A stretch of DNA of 64,000 bases from Geosiphon pyriformis uo1 (taxonomy: Eukaryota > Fungi > Glomeromycota): contig JAAOMT010000372.1 of NCBI GenBank assembly GCA_016748015.1, positions 372,001-436,000 of the forward strand, written 5' to 3'. A model generated the notes under the pieces. It saw only the letters and a program-made list of their open reading frames with translations. It did no database searches and was not told where the DNA came from. Shown here in pieces: positions 51,655 through 64,000 of the stretch; the stretch's first letter is position 1; the number at the start of each line of letters is the position of its first letter. The position numbers and the translations under genes were made by a program.

Positions 51655-54600
51655 TACAAGACGACTCGTTTTTGTTGTTTATTGAAAATTGAAAAAATCC
51701 TTTCTTTTGAATGGTTGGTTGATTTTTAAATTCGTTTTAGAAAATGTTGAAATAAAATCATGTAGAAATATTCAAGTTTAAAAATCTTGAAAAAACCATT
51801 CTTTCAAAGGATCTAAGCTTAGCTGCTGCTATTAATTTCATTTTATATTCAAAAAACTTTCAATAAACAAAAAATCTTTTCAGAATAATAGTTACAATGT
51901 TTCGCAAAGAAACAACTTTAAAGGACAAAATTAAAATCCTTTGGTAATTTATAAAGGATTCTTTCGAGTCGGTGTGAGAGGAAGGGTTTCGCGTGAATAG
52001 TCTCTCGCCTCGTACCAGTTTAATGTATGAGAAAATGAGTTAAATCATCTCGATCGATGATTTTTCGCAAAAAATATTTAAAAATTAAAAAGTTTTGTCG
52101 TGGATTTTCAAAATAATTTATTGTTTTAATATGAAGTGGGAAAAATAGTTAATTTACTAACCAATTATCGAAAAAATGCGATCATATTAATTGGAATATT
52201 CAAGTATAAATTTAGGATAAAAAATAATATAATCAAAGATATAATAAAATCTAATGCGAGCCCTTAAAAAAGAATGATCACGAGAAAACTTCAAAAACTA
52301 GGAGTGTATCTCTCGAATATAAGACAAATCATAACTCCCCCCCCCGCCCCCCCCCCCCCAAAAAAAAATTTAAGTTTTGATAAGAGCTTAAATATCTTTT
52401 TCCAATTACTTGATTGTCCCAACATAGTTAACTGTGAATCTTATTTTCATCAATGATGAAAATATTTTTTCTCTGATAAGTACAAATAAATTTTAATTGA
52501 GGATTCCAAATTGGGCATTCTTTAAAATATTTTTAGTTGGTTTTTTCTATGATCCTTGATATTGTATGATAACTTGCCTACGAATCTTTTAATGTTGTAC
52601 CACTTTACTGTAGATTAAAGGGTGTTAGCTTTCTAGATATGGATATATACTGTATATATTGGCGAAATGATAAAAGTGGCAAATGACTCAGAATTCTTAT
52701 AAGTTTCATTTCCGGAAACCTCAAGGAACTAAATCTTAGCAGATTCCGTATCACTTAAAGGCTTAACATTTAAAATTTGAAAAATTTTCAGGCTATTAAT
52801 ACTCTTCGTATGGCACTAATTAATTCAAAATATTTAAGCGATAGAATTTTTGATTCCTTCAAATATGGTACGCGACTTGATAAAAACTTATTAACTTTGA
52901 AAATGTCAATCTTTGAATCATATTGAATATTTCGGAGCAATTTTATGAGTTATCATATAAAATACCTCCTGAATCTCAAAATTAAATGAGAGATTCCAAA
53001 TTCAGCAGGAAAACTTGTAAATCTTTTTAGCCTTTCTAATTAAAGTCTGGAAATTTCTAAGGGAAATTAAAATCCTAGGAATGGTAGCTGATGTTTTCTA
53101 AAGTGATTTGTAGAAAACTTTTTTGAGACAAATCACAAGGCAAAGACAATCAAAAAAGTTCACGAAATTTGTAAAAGAACTTAAACCATTAAATTTTGTA
53201 ATTAAGACAGCTAATGTTTGTTAAATTTTTTAAATAATCTTTTGGATAATGGGTGAACATATTGTTTTATATTTTGAAATGACAAAAATTTTAGAAACAA
53301 TTATTTATCCTAGCATTTTTTTCATCAAACATGGTAACCCAAAAGTGCTCTCGTTAGAAACAAAACCTGTTGCATGGCTGGTTTTATGCTTTTTCGCTGG
53401 TTTCGCTCCCTATTATGTACTGGCAATTTTCAAATTTCTGAGATTCATTTACCATGATCGATCCTCGGAAGTTTTCGGTGTAATCCAAATGACAACGCTT
53501 TTCTATATCCCATATCATATAATTTTGAGATTTTTGAAAGTTTATTTATGAGACTAATGTTACCTGTCTTTTTTGATTTTATAAAAAGCAAACTTCAAGA
53601 TTTTCCCCATCCTTTTTATTTTACAAATACCTCTGGAATAAAAGTAGTTATTCATAATGTTACTCATATTTCTTTGAGTTAGATTTCAAGAGAATATTCA
53701 TTCCTATTATTATAATCTGAAAATTAAAACATTCACTTTTCAAAAAGATCTGCTTGTTACTTATTAAGGCATGTATTGCCAGATTATCAAAGCCACCCGA
53801 GCATTTAAGCCATATGTTCATGAAAATCTACAGTTAAATAATTGTAAGTCCAACCCGTTTTTTTAACTAATACATTCAATGCATATGGGAGAAGGCTTGG
53901 ATGGTCGATAGGCAAATAAAAAAAGACCAGTAAATAGCGTGGGTCTTGAAAATCACGATGATGCAAGGTGATGCCAAAAGAACATTTAGGGATTATTACT
54001 CGAAATAGCCATCCTATCATAGACTAGCTATTATCTCAAATACTTTTCAATTGAATTCATCTCAATTAATAGTTTCTTGGGAAAAATGATGGTGTCCCCA
54101 TGCTCCTATCTTTACAATTAAATAATTTGGCATCATTATACTGGCTCAAATTGATGCATTCACTTTTAAATTTTAATAGAAATCATTTGATTGATTTTTA
54201 AAAAATTAGTTGATAGACTTAATTGATTTTAGGACGAAAATATAAGATTTTCTACCAGTAATATGACCATAAAGCTCAATAAAGACAAGAACCCATACAA
54301 TTTTTTCAAACTTGGAAATTTTATCTCTGTTCCTTCAAATATCTTGGCGTCATATTTTGCTCACGATCTCTAATCTTTTCCCATTGTACATCAAAATTTT
54401 GAACTACTCTTATCCCTTTATCCCTTGTCTCGTAGCACGTTTCTCAAATAATAATAACAATAATAATAATAATTGGGAATTCTTGAAATATTTGCAATAT
54501 AAAATTCGAGGGATTTCAAAGCAAAACACCTCCCGGTGAATACATATTGGCTGCATGACATCATATTTAAGCCCATTCTGTATATCGCTTTTTTGTCCCC

Positions 54601-54840
54601 CAACGATCTGTTGAACGTGTTCCCATATTTATCTCGTTTAATTTGGTCTTGAGGTAAATTTCAACTTTTATTATTGATCGCGTCTCTTTGAATCAAGTTT
54701 TCTATTTAATTGAACTGGAAAATACAATCTTTCACCTCGAAAATTTGTTGATAGGTCGCCTTTTCATTTAGTGCAAACGAAATTAAGAAAACGGCTTTTT
54801 TCAAAGCGTTTGTACCTTAGCGAAAATCACCAAACGTGAA

Positions 54841-57571
54841 ATGACTTCGACGACAAAAAATGGCATTTCTTTTATCGGAAGTATAGCTTTATTGGTTTCA
54901 TCTATGACTGGCCCCGGCCTGGTTACAAGTAAGTTGCCTTAGGGTGGATCAAAATGGGAATTTATTTTTAAATAACCGATCTTTTATCTTTTGCCCATAT
55001 TAAATAGTTCCGCTGCTTTTCCAAAATGCTGGATGGCTATTGTAAGATTTCTCAAAATCAATATGTTAATAAAATAGACTTTTCAAAAGATTACTTTCCT
55101 CCTAATATTTTCGAGATTTTTTTAGATCCATTATAGTGTTTGTTGTGGTTACTTTATTAAGTGGCACGGCAGCGCTGCTTTTATGTGAGGCTTTGAGCAA
55201 AGTACCAGGTAACGAGAAATTTCAGGTAATGCATTTTAGAATTCAACAAATTTTTTTTGCCTATCTATAGCTTTGCAAATTTCATCAAATTTAAACACCA
55301 TTTTTCAAAGAGGAAAATTGAATTCTCTTATCTATCCGAAATCTTGGTCGCCAATCGCACAAAACGATGGATAATTCAAATTGTATTATTCATTTCGATC
55401 CAATCTGTCAATATTGCAGCCATAATTCTTTCGTCACAATCGATGGACTCTTTGCTTCTCTCTTTGGCTGGACATACTTGTGGGGTGGGGATTTATCCAA
55501 GGTATGGTATCTTTTGCGTAAATTCCCATGGACCACAAAATAGTCCTTTTGGTAATGATTTTATGTTGGTCACAGCAGGTTTTCTGGTAAGTATACCATC
55601 ACTTGTTGTATAACACCATAAAAAATATGCTTATGTAACAACAAAAAATCCCAATTTTAGATAACTTTAGCTATGGTAGTCCCTTTAGGTCTGATGGACT
55701 TGGTCGATAATGTGAGAGTTCAAATAGGTAAAACAGTGGTATGTTCTTCTAACTTTTCACTAGAAAACTTTTTTTACTGACCATACAAGGTTCATTTTTG
55801 TAGTTTCTTTTATAGCTGTAATCCTAATTATTGGATCATGGCTCGTAACCTTCTGTTTACACGGACTGAATCCAGATTTGGTTCCTCTAATCGGCAAAGA
55901 TCAAAGTCAACTAATTGGAACCGTATTATTCAATTATGCTTTTATAATCACAGTACCCAGTTGGGTAAATGACCTAGTAAGCTTCATTTTCATAACTTTT
56001 AATCCTGGTGTCATTTGTAAATCAAAATTTCTGATCAATGATTTCCAATTTTTGATTATCAGCGTCCTGATGTGTCAATACGGAAATCAATATGGTACTC
56101 AACTCTCATATCAACCCTTGCTTACGTTATTCTTGGGATTTTTGGTGGAATGTCATTTCAAATGAACATTAATTCGAACATTATTGCGGCTATTAACGAA
56201 TCCAACGAGCGATCGGTTGTTAGCATTACGACAACTTATTTGTTTCACTTTGCCGTATTGATAACAAGTATTCCTGTTTTCACCATTGTTGTTCGATATA
56301 ACTTGCTCCGTGGTGGTTATTGCGGAAAAGGTAGATCACATTTGAATGAATTGGCCCTGAAGGCTTGCAAATAAGCAAATTTCTAATCACATTTAATTTT
56401 TCTTTTCAAAAGGCACTGCTACTTTCCTTTCAACTGTCTTGCCGTGGATTATTGTGATTCCATTTCAAACAGGAAGCTGGTTAAATGCTCTCATGAATTG
56501 GTCCAGCCTAATATTTACGAGTAGTAGCAATTTTCTGCTACCATTTTATCTTTTTTATCTAAGCCAAACATCACTGGAGCTTAAAGAAAAATCTGAAGGT
56601 AAAAAAAGTGCACGAAAATCATGTTGTCAACGTGCCTTGAATAAATAATATATATTTTGATTCTTTTCATTTTTTAAGATATCAAGTCACAAAGTGATAA
56701 ACTCGAAACGTCAGTTTTACATTCTCCAATTTTTTCAAGATCATCGATCAGATCTCTTTCTCCTATTTCCCCCAGGTCATGTTCACCAATTTCACCGAGG
56801 TCTCGCTCACCTTCTGTAAACAGTGCTCGTTCAATTGGTAGTTGGTTTTCTTTGCAAAAACTTTTTCAATCCCCGGCCCAAAATTATGATGACGAAGATG
56901 CAGATGACAACATAGCTATTCTTAGCGACGTTGAGGATTTAGGGATCGATGAAGATAACAATGATTCTGAACTAGAACCAGAACCACTATTTAATGATGA
57001 AGAGAAAAAACATTCAATCAAAACCTTATCACCAGCTAGTCCAGGTTTGCCCAAATTCCCCACATCAAGATTAAAGGATAATGATTCAAAATCGATCAAT
57101 GATGTTCCCATCAACTTGAATGAAAAAATGCAAAGCAATCATCGTCGTACAGGATCAGCACCAGATTCCTTGTCGGATTCAGAAAAAAAAATTTCAAATC
57201 GGCCGAAATTACAATTGGATATTCCCCGAAAACTTACACAAAGAACATCATCCAATCGGAGGCAATTGTCACCTGTTGAACATACAGTTCCAATTGATCA
57301 AGCACCAATTCCGATCATAACCCTGAACGATGGTGATGGCCTGACTGTCGTGGTAGATTTGGCTAGCTCTCATAAGAGCGAAATAACGATTGAAGGGATA
57401 ACTGACGAAAAACCTATTTTCAAAGCATTTCCAATATCTGGACGCAAGAGTTTATTTTGCGCCATAATTTGTGCCAGTATTTCAGTCCTGCTTGTTGGTG
57501 GTGTGGTTCTTTATGATTTTGTGGAATTAGGATTAGGAAAAAATGTTTTTAATCCATCCGATTCTTTATAG
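54841..57571 (+). CDS. Amino-acid transporter (Aa_trans/AAAP-like), multi-exon
   Basis: MTSTTKNGISFIGSIALLVSSMTGPGLVT|IPLLFQNAGWL; FNYAFIITVPSW; many TM segments; long S/D-rich loop before the last TM; about 10 exons with GT-AG introns. Confidence 0.88.
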
Positions 57572-59460
57572 AACTCGATTTTTGAACATTAAATCTATTC
57601 GAAAGACAATTTCTAAAAAGTGACTTTATAATTCGTAATATATTTCGATTAGTGCTATTCCTTGATGTAAAAATGAAAAATTTGGACATAAGATTTATTC
57701 AATACATATCGAGGGTCAAGGTTCAGAAATTAAATTATGTGCAATAATTTTACAATTAGATCCAAAGGAGAGTTTGGTGTTCTGAAAGAAAAAATTAAAT
57801 AAAATCAAGTTTGGAATCATTTCGAATTTTTAATTAGTTTAGAGATATTTGTCATATAAATGCAGCCTTAAAGAGAGTGGATAATAAATTCAGAGTAATT
57901 GAATTGTTTGCTGGCAAGTTCTAAAATAATTTAATATTGGGCCCAAAAAATAGATATTCCTTTGAACAATGGGACAATTTAAATGTAAAGTACTCAAGAA
58001 GCTTATTTCAAAAATGAATTTATCATTACTGGGGAGAAACACACATTAATAGAGACAGCTTTGCCAAGGTGATCATATTTCTTTATACAAAGAAAAAGCT
58101 AAATCAATTGAACCCAAATTTTAAATGAAACAATATATGCTCTAAAAGTTTTTAATTTTGAAAATTATTTCATAAGCTTATTAAATGTCCAAATAGTTTT
58201 TTGTACTTCCTATCCTTCAGTTTCTATTTTAAAAAATTAAAGAGGGAAATGAGGGCTGCACAATAAATTAATGTATATCTCTCAATAGTTCTTAGTTAAA
58301 TTAACAATAGCTTTTTTAATCGAAGACACATTTTATTTAAAAATTTAGATACTAATTTAAAATATATATACAACGGGGGGGGGGTGTGAATTACTTAGAG
58401 GAAATTAATTGTCATATCTTTCACAGTTAGCCTGTCTGAGTATTTTTTTCGTAAGATATTTTTCGATTGCTCTCACTTTATAGATTAGTCCGATTCTTTT
58501 AGAGTTAAAAAAGAATTTTCAAATAGCTTAAACAAAGTAAAAATTATGTTTTACTTTTTTTATGAAGAAAATTTATAACTCTTTCTTATTATAAAAAATA
58601 ACATGTCTTCAAGCCAAATAACAGTGGTGAAAGCTTTTTTGCTAAGCATAGCGGATAAGTAAAAGCCTTGCATAGCCATTTAATTATCATAAAAGTAAAG
58701 ATGGTTAAATGAGAAATTTGCTTGTCATACAAAATACTTCAAAAACTGGAATATAAAAGTTTACAGTAAATGCTTCAACTTTTTGAATGTAATTGATAAA
58801 TTAATTAATTTTTATAAATTTAAATTATGTGAAAAACTTTAAATTTTCATGAAATTAGAAATTATTGATGGAGCTAATTTGTATTTTCTCGAAAGCTTCT
58901 ACTATAGTCAATATTTCTAAAGAAACTACCATTCCAAAGCAAAAATCTGAAGCTAAAAAATAGATTCTAACGCTTTGGTCCCAGCTCCTAACCCACTATT
59001 TTATTCATGAGATTTTCCACAAAAATTTTCAAACTCACCCTGTTAAAAGAACTCTTTACAGATCTTGAAAATATTAAATCATTCAAGACATATTATTGGC
59101 TTGTAATGAAGGCATCATGAAGAAAATATATGATTACCCTGGGATTTATGGTAAAAAACTCCCAAAGTCTGAGTCAAATTTACAAGGAAAGTTCCTCTTT
59201 GTAGCTCAATTGGGATTTCTAATTTTGTTAATAGAAGTAGGAAATTTATTCGAATTATCGAAAATACATAGTTTTAATCTGGTAAAAATTATTTTGCTCG
59301 TGGTCCCTCAATTAATTAATTATATTTTTTAATAGCTGGTTTAAAGTATGAAAAAAAATTATGGCAATTAAAGGTTAAGGCCAAGATAATAATCATGTTA
59401 AATGTAATTTCGAAATTTCATTCAAAAATAACCTTTTTATTGGTTTGGTGAAAGGGTTAA

Positions 59461-60384
59461 TATATAGATGGGCCACACAGAATCAGGACGATTTCTCAAG
59501 ATAAAATAACCATGACGAATTTTTTTTATGCAATAAAAGTAAAATTTTCACTATAAATTTATTATTGAAAAACCGATGGACTTCATAATCCTTTATTTTA
59601 TAAAGTGTTTAACATGGTTTGGCATCGAGTCATTCCACCCTATAAAGGCTACCCTGGTAAATCGAATTTTAAACTTCCACCACACATTTCCTATTGGATT
59701 AAGATTTGACGATTGTGAAAGCCATTTCCAAAGTCACAGTTCTAAGAGTATCTTGACGTTCTTTCACAAGCTTGCACTTGGAAATTGGAGTGCTACCTTC
59801 CTGGACTCTTCTTCTTTGGTGATCATAGTCATTGGTTTCCATATGCTTCACTAGTCATACGTGAGGGGGTAAATCCCCATACCATGATAGATTTATGTTC
59901 ACTTTTAACGGTTGCTCGTATATGATCCGAGTTGTAAAGCTCACTTTTAAGACATCATACAAGAAAAACTTCCGTACAAATTGGTGCTTTTAGAGGAGTC
60001 GTCTTTTCAAAGAACACGTCGCCAATCCTATTTGGTCCAATGCTTGTAGGTTTAGCCATATGATTCGGTTTACTTCATTAATCATTGGTTTCTTGCGCAT
60101 TATATATTTAAAATTGTTTTTTTTTATAGTTTTTATTAAAGTTCAGGTGGACATACGAATTTGGATTTTTGATGAGATTTCGGCAGTAAAGATGTTTTAG
60201 CATCTTTCTTATTTGCTGAATTTTCTTTTAATTTCCCGGAAAATTTGACCTTTTTAAATAATTGGTTAAGACAATTTTTAACACAAGTAGTGGACCAGTA
60301 AATTCCAGACGGACATACTCTCTTGAGCATTTTACTGCATAAGAATTGTTTTTACTAAAATTTTTTGGCGAATCCATCTATGTA
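59461..60384 (-). mobile_element. Tc1/mariner-like transposase relic
   Basis: Minus strand: KHWT..DWRRVFF, RATVKSEHKSIMVWG, VQEGSTPI, SQSSNLNPIGNVW (from SPDLNPIENVW) and DSMPNHVK. Weak possible terminal inverted match TA(C/T)ATAGATGG at 59461 and 60384. Confidence 0.7.
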
Positions 60385-60812
60385 TATATTTCAAATTTTT
60401 ATGTCGCCCTTTAATTAAAAATTGAGCAATCTTTAAAATTCTTTACGAATCTTGAGAAAATCGACCTAATTTTTTGTACTTTTCATTTATCAAGTATTTT
60501 AAAAGAGCATTTTCCCGAAGCACTCAAAATTTTGATACTTGGTTTTAAAATTTCATCAAACAATAAATTTGAACGGACTTTATATCACTTTTTACTCAGC
60601 GTACAATCAATATTGTGGGGAATTTACAAAAAAATTTGGTAATTGCAGCTTGAGAAAATTTTTGCTATGAGATATGCTTCTAATCAATGCTAATACTAGT
60701 GTTTTCTATAAAAAGAAATATCAAATTTCTTACAATGTTTAAAAACTATAACTAAAATAATACTATATACAAAAAAATGTGCTTTTGAAGCAAGGGATTT
60801 CTCAATTCTCAT

Positions 60813-61400
60813 TTAATGACCCTTCAACATTTTTGATTTTTCTCCCTTTTTATGATTTTGCTGTCCTCTGCTATTCAATCCTGAAAATTGTTCTTGTATT
60901 GAATTTAAGCCTACTCCAGTTGATTTCTTTACCTCCTGATCTTTATTTTTCGCATTCAATTGCATATCAAAATAAATTTCTCGCTTCCAAATTCCATCAT
61001 CTCTTTGCCATTTTTTTAAAAAGATCGCAAAAACAACTAAAATCCCTGCAACCATCACTGGGAACAATAAATCCAATAATTTCAAGACTATCGAAATTAA
61101 TTGGTAAAAAGCACATAATATGGGCATTATAAAAACCATGCTAAATATAAAATCATTGGAATCGTATTCCGTTTTATTCAAGCTCTTTACAGGGTTAATT
61201 GCCTGTCTTTTTTCAAGGATGCAATGCCTATCAGTGCATAGGATATAATTTTTCGAAGTTGTTGCTTTTGAACATGGTGGTGAGAAAGAACGACGCCAAT
61301 GTGGTATATGGAAAGTTGATAGACGACGCATAAGAAATGGGCGGTGGGATTTTACGGAAAATGAAGATTGTTGAGGTGTAATTTTTATTTGGGAATCCAT
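60813..61400 (-). CDS. Hypothetical protein with ~2 TM helices, 195 aa
   Basis: Intact ATG-initiated ORF with normal composition; hydrophobic FIFSMVFIMPILCAF and LLFPVMVAGILVVFAIFL. Confidence 0.6.
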   Translation of the reverse strand: MDSQIKITPQQSSFSVKSHRPFLMRRLSTFHIPHWRRSFSPPCSKATTSKNYILCTDRHCILEKRQAINPVKSLNKTEYDSNDFIFSMVFIMPILCAFYQLISIVLKLLDLLFPVMVAGILVVFAIFLKKWQRDDGIWKREIYFDMQLNAKNKDQEVKKSTGVGLNSIQEQFSGLNSRGQQNHKKGEKSKMLKGH

Positions 61401-61773
61401 TTTTGTCGTTGACTGTAACTCTGGTTATTCTCTTCTGGTGGTTAAAATTTATTTGGAAATTTTTGCTGTTTTTTGTAAAAAAAAAAGAAGTTTTGATACC
61501 ACATATATTTTCTCAACTCACTTCAATTTATATACTTTTTTTAGCATCATTTTGATGACTAAAAAGTAGGATTGTCTAAGCGTGGCCGATCCTTAATATC
61601 ATATCATGACTAAAATTAGCAAGTCTTTTGACCATTCAATAAACATTATTACATTGCCGCGATAATAAGCCACATACATCATGATCCGATCAAAGGAGCA
61701 CTATTACATTTATTTTTTAATATACGATGGTTTTGACCGAACGAAAATCATTATCTTGCCAGAGTATTTTGAG

Positions 61774-61813
<40 letters not shown>

Positions 61814-62073
61814 NNNNNNNNNNNNNNNNNNNNNNNNNNNNNNNNNNNNNNNNNNNNNNNNNNNNNNNNNNNNNNNNNNNNNNNNNNNNNNNNNNNNNNN
61901 NNNNNNNNNNNNNNNNNNNNNNNNNNNNNNNNNNNNNNNNNNNNNNNNNNNNNNNNNNNNNNNNNNNNNNNNNNNNNNNNNNNNNNNNNNNNNNNNNNNN
62001 NNNNNNNNNNNNNNNNNNNNNNNNNNNNNNNNNNNNNNNNNNNNNNNNNNNNNNNNNNNNNNNNNNNNNNNNN
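61814..62073. other. Assembly gap (260 N) following a poly-A run
   Basis: Directly visible. Confidence 1.
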
Positions 62074-63127
62074 AGCTTCGGTGGCATCCTTGGACAAGGT
62101 GTTATTAGGGGTCTCTGGGGCTCCGTTGTCACAATATAACTTTTATTCATATTTACGAGGTTATTGGCAAGCCGAGGCTAATTTAAATTTCTGGTTGGAT
62201 GTAGCGACTCATGAAAATTTATGGGCAATGTGGTTAGAGAATCAACAACGGAAAAAAGAACAAGAAGCGCAGTATCAGTATTATTACGAATCGGAGAAAG
62301 CGTCACAGCAAACCCGAGATAATAAAGTTGAAGATGATGGCGAAGAATTTGAGGAGCAGAAAGAAGAATCATTCAATCAATTTCAGCGTTCTTATGCTCA
62401 TGATGATTCTCATTCAAGTAGTGGAAACACTGTAACAGAATTTGACGATTCTCGCAACCCGGTTAGTTCACTCAGTAATAATTCTTCAGGGATTACTGAA
62501 CAAGAAGCCTCAGTCAGACAACAAACTTATAAAAGACCAATAAGTGAGGAAGACCTTCATAAATCAGCTAAACAGATTTATCGAAAATATGCGCATTTGA
62601 ATTTGATCCCTGAAGAGAATCGAATCACAATGCATGATCTGATATTACGCCAAGGGCGCCATAATCCAGTAGTATTCGCTAGCGCTAAAGCTTACGTATA
62701 TCACATTATGAACGCTATCTACTTTCCAAAATTTGTGGAAGCATCAATTGACAAGAATTTGACTCGAATACATTCGATAATTGCCTTGCCTCTGGGAATG
62801 ATTGCGCTGACCTGTGGAATTGCGTTGGAATTGTATTATATTTTTATGGCATTGGAAAATCGAGTTTTTCGACTCTGGGGACTTATTCCAGTTTGGATAG
62901 GCTGGGTTTTGTTGCAGACTGCGCTGACAAGCTTTTTGCCACCATTGAGTTTTTTTGGAGTTAGCGAACACAAGTTGTTTCGATTCCATAAAATACGCGA
63001 GAAATCAATCCTTCATGCACATCGGTCCCGTGCTTTGCGATTCATATTTTATGATACTTTAGTGACCATTTTAAGCGTTGGATTATTGCTTGCTATTCCA
63101 CCCATTCGCCTTGACTCGCCGGAGTAA
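62074..63127 (+). CDS. Rax1-like RGS-domain membrane protein (5' end lost in the gap)
   Basis: SLDKVL..APLSQYNFYSYLR...NLNFWLDVATH (split RGS), AKQIYRKY, PVVFASAKAYVY..M..YFPKF and three C-terminal TM helices match Rax1 architecture. Confidence 0.8.
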
Positions 63128-64000
63128 TCTTTTTGTATAATAATTCAGGTAACAGTGATATTAGCCTTCTCACCTGCCTGAACCTCTTGTTCCAGTGCTT
63201 TATAATCGTTGATGGCTGGATTACATCTGGTACCTAGACAACAAACCTTCTGGAGTTTATACATATATATATATAATAATAATAAATAAATTTCAATCTA
63301 TTTAATGAATTAGACAAAAAATGGGCAATGAAACAAAAAAAGTTTGACAGACCTGTTTCTACTCAATTTTAAAAAAATAAAGCTGTAATTTTAAATGCAT
63401 ATTACTGGGAAGACAATTTTCAGATCTCTAAAATGAAAAATCACTGTTTTGAAAACGCCGAATCACTCTGCCTGTAATTTCCCTTCAAGTCAACGGATTT
63501 AGCTTTATGTCTTTAATTTGAATCAAATTCCAATTCTCTGCGAATTGAGAAAAGATTTAATGAACAGATTTATTTTGAAGAATTTTTTAACGCCAAAAAT
63601 GTGTATTAATTTTGCTGCCGAATTTCATTTTATCATAGTATTTCTAGCAACAGAATTTGTTTAGTCAATTCAAAAAAAAAAAAAATAGAAATTTCTTTAA
63701 TTGAGCATTGAAACTATAAGCTATAAGCAACAAGACAATTCAATCGATCTATTTCCTTGAAGAGAAATCTCAACAAAGATTTATGTGATAAGCATTTTTT
63801 ATATGATCTATTGTTTTCTGCTTTCAATAATATTATTAATGAAAAGTGGGGTAACTATTATGACATATATCACCATAAATATAATTCGCATGGCTCTTTC
63901 GTCTTCAAAATAAATAGCCTGCACAGACGATAACACATGCATCCGTGAATTTTATCTTGGGACTCGTTTAAAATAGAGTCGGGGAATTAGATAGATAGAC

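Noticed and set aside
51961-52063. GC-rich patch plus AAATCATC/GATGATTT hairpin as a structured ncRNA or tRNA
   Set aside because: No cloverleaf or known RNA motif; similar ATCAT/ATGAT palindromes are common throughout the intergenic DNA.
52274-54603. Short ORFs (53249-53551, 53805-54020, 54312-54539)
   Set aside because: No recognisable motifs or consistent exon chain; cannot be supported without expression data.
61681-62150. ORFs with poly-K/poly-F and X runs
   Set aside because: Artefacts of the poly-A run and N gap; the true start of the Rax1-like gene is unresolved.

Overview
Eukaryotic, intron-containing, AT-rich fungal DNA, most likely Glomeromycotina (Geosiphon/AMF-like). This assignment is an inference from the WTSG..ID..I/EWIPY kinase family, the lipase-3-like genes and the retroelement types. 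The window has two compartments. (1) About 1-28,500 is a CpG-depleted, C>T/G>A-hypermutated nest of retroelements. It holds a near full-length 9.9-kb Ty3/gypsy element (8014-17899, 971-bp LTRs, PBS, PPT) encoding gag-PR-[Cys-rich domain]-dUTPase-RT-RNaseH-IN plus an extra non-Env ORF3, a second dUTPase/ORF3-bearing gypsy family, several fragments, and a decayed RNase H-containing LINE. (2) About 28,500-64,000 is a CpG-containing gene region: HAL/NPR-type kinase, tandem pseudokinase-kinase, SDR oxidoreductase, PB1 protein, apparently inactive lipase-3-like protein, amino-acid transporter and a Rax1-like RGS protein. It also contains a Tc1-like relic and, most notably, a degenerate prokaryote-type IS607-like element (serine-recombinase TnpA remnant + TnpB/Fanzor2 pseudogene + candidate omegaRNA hairpins) at about 37,670-39,150. 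All translations, alignments and counts beyond the supplied ORF track were done by eye and should be verified.
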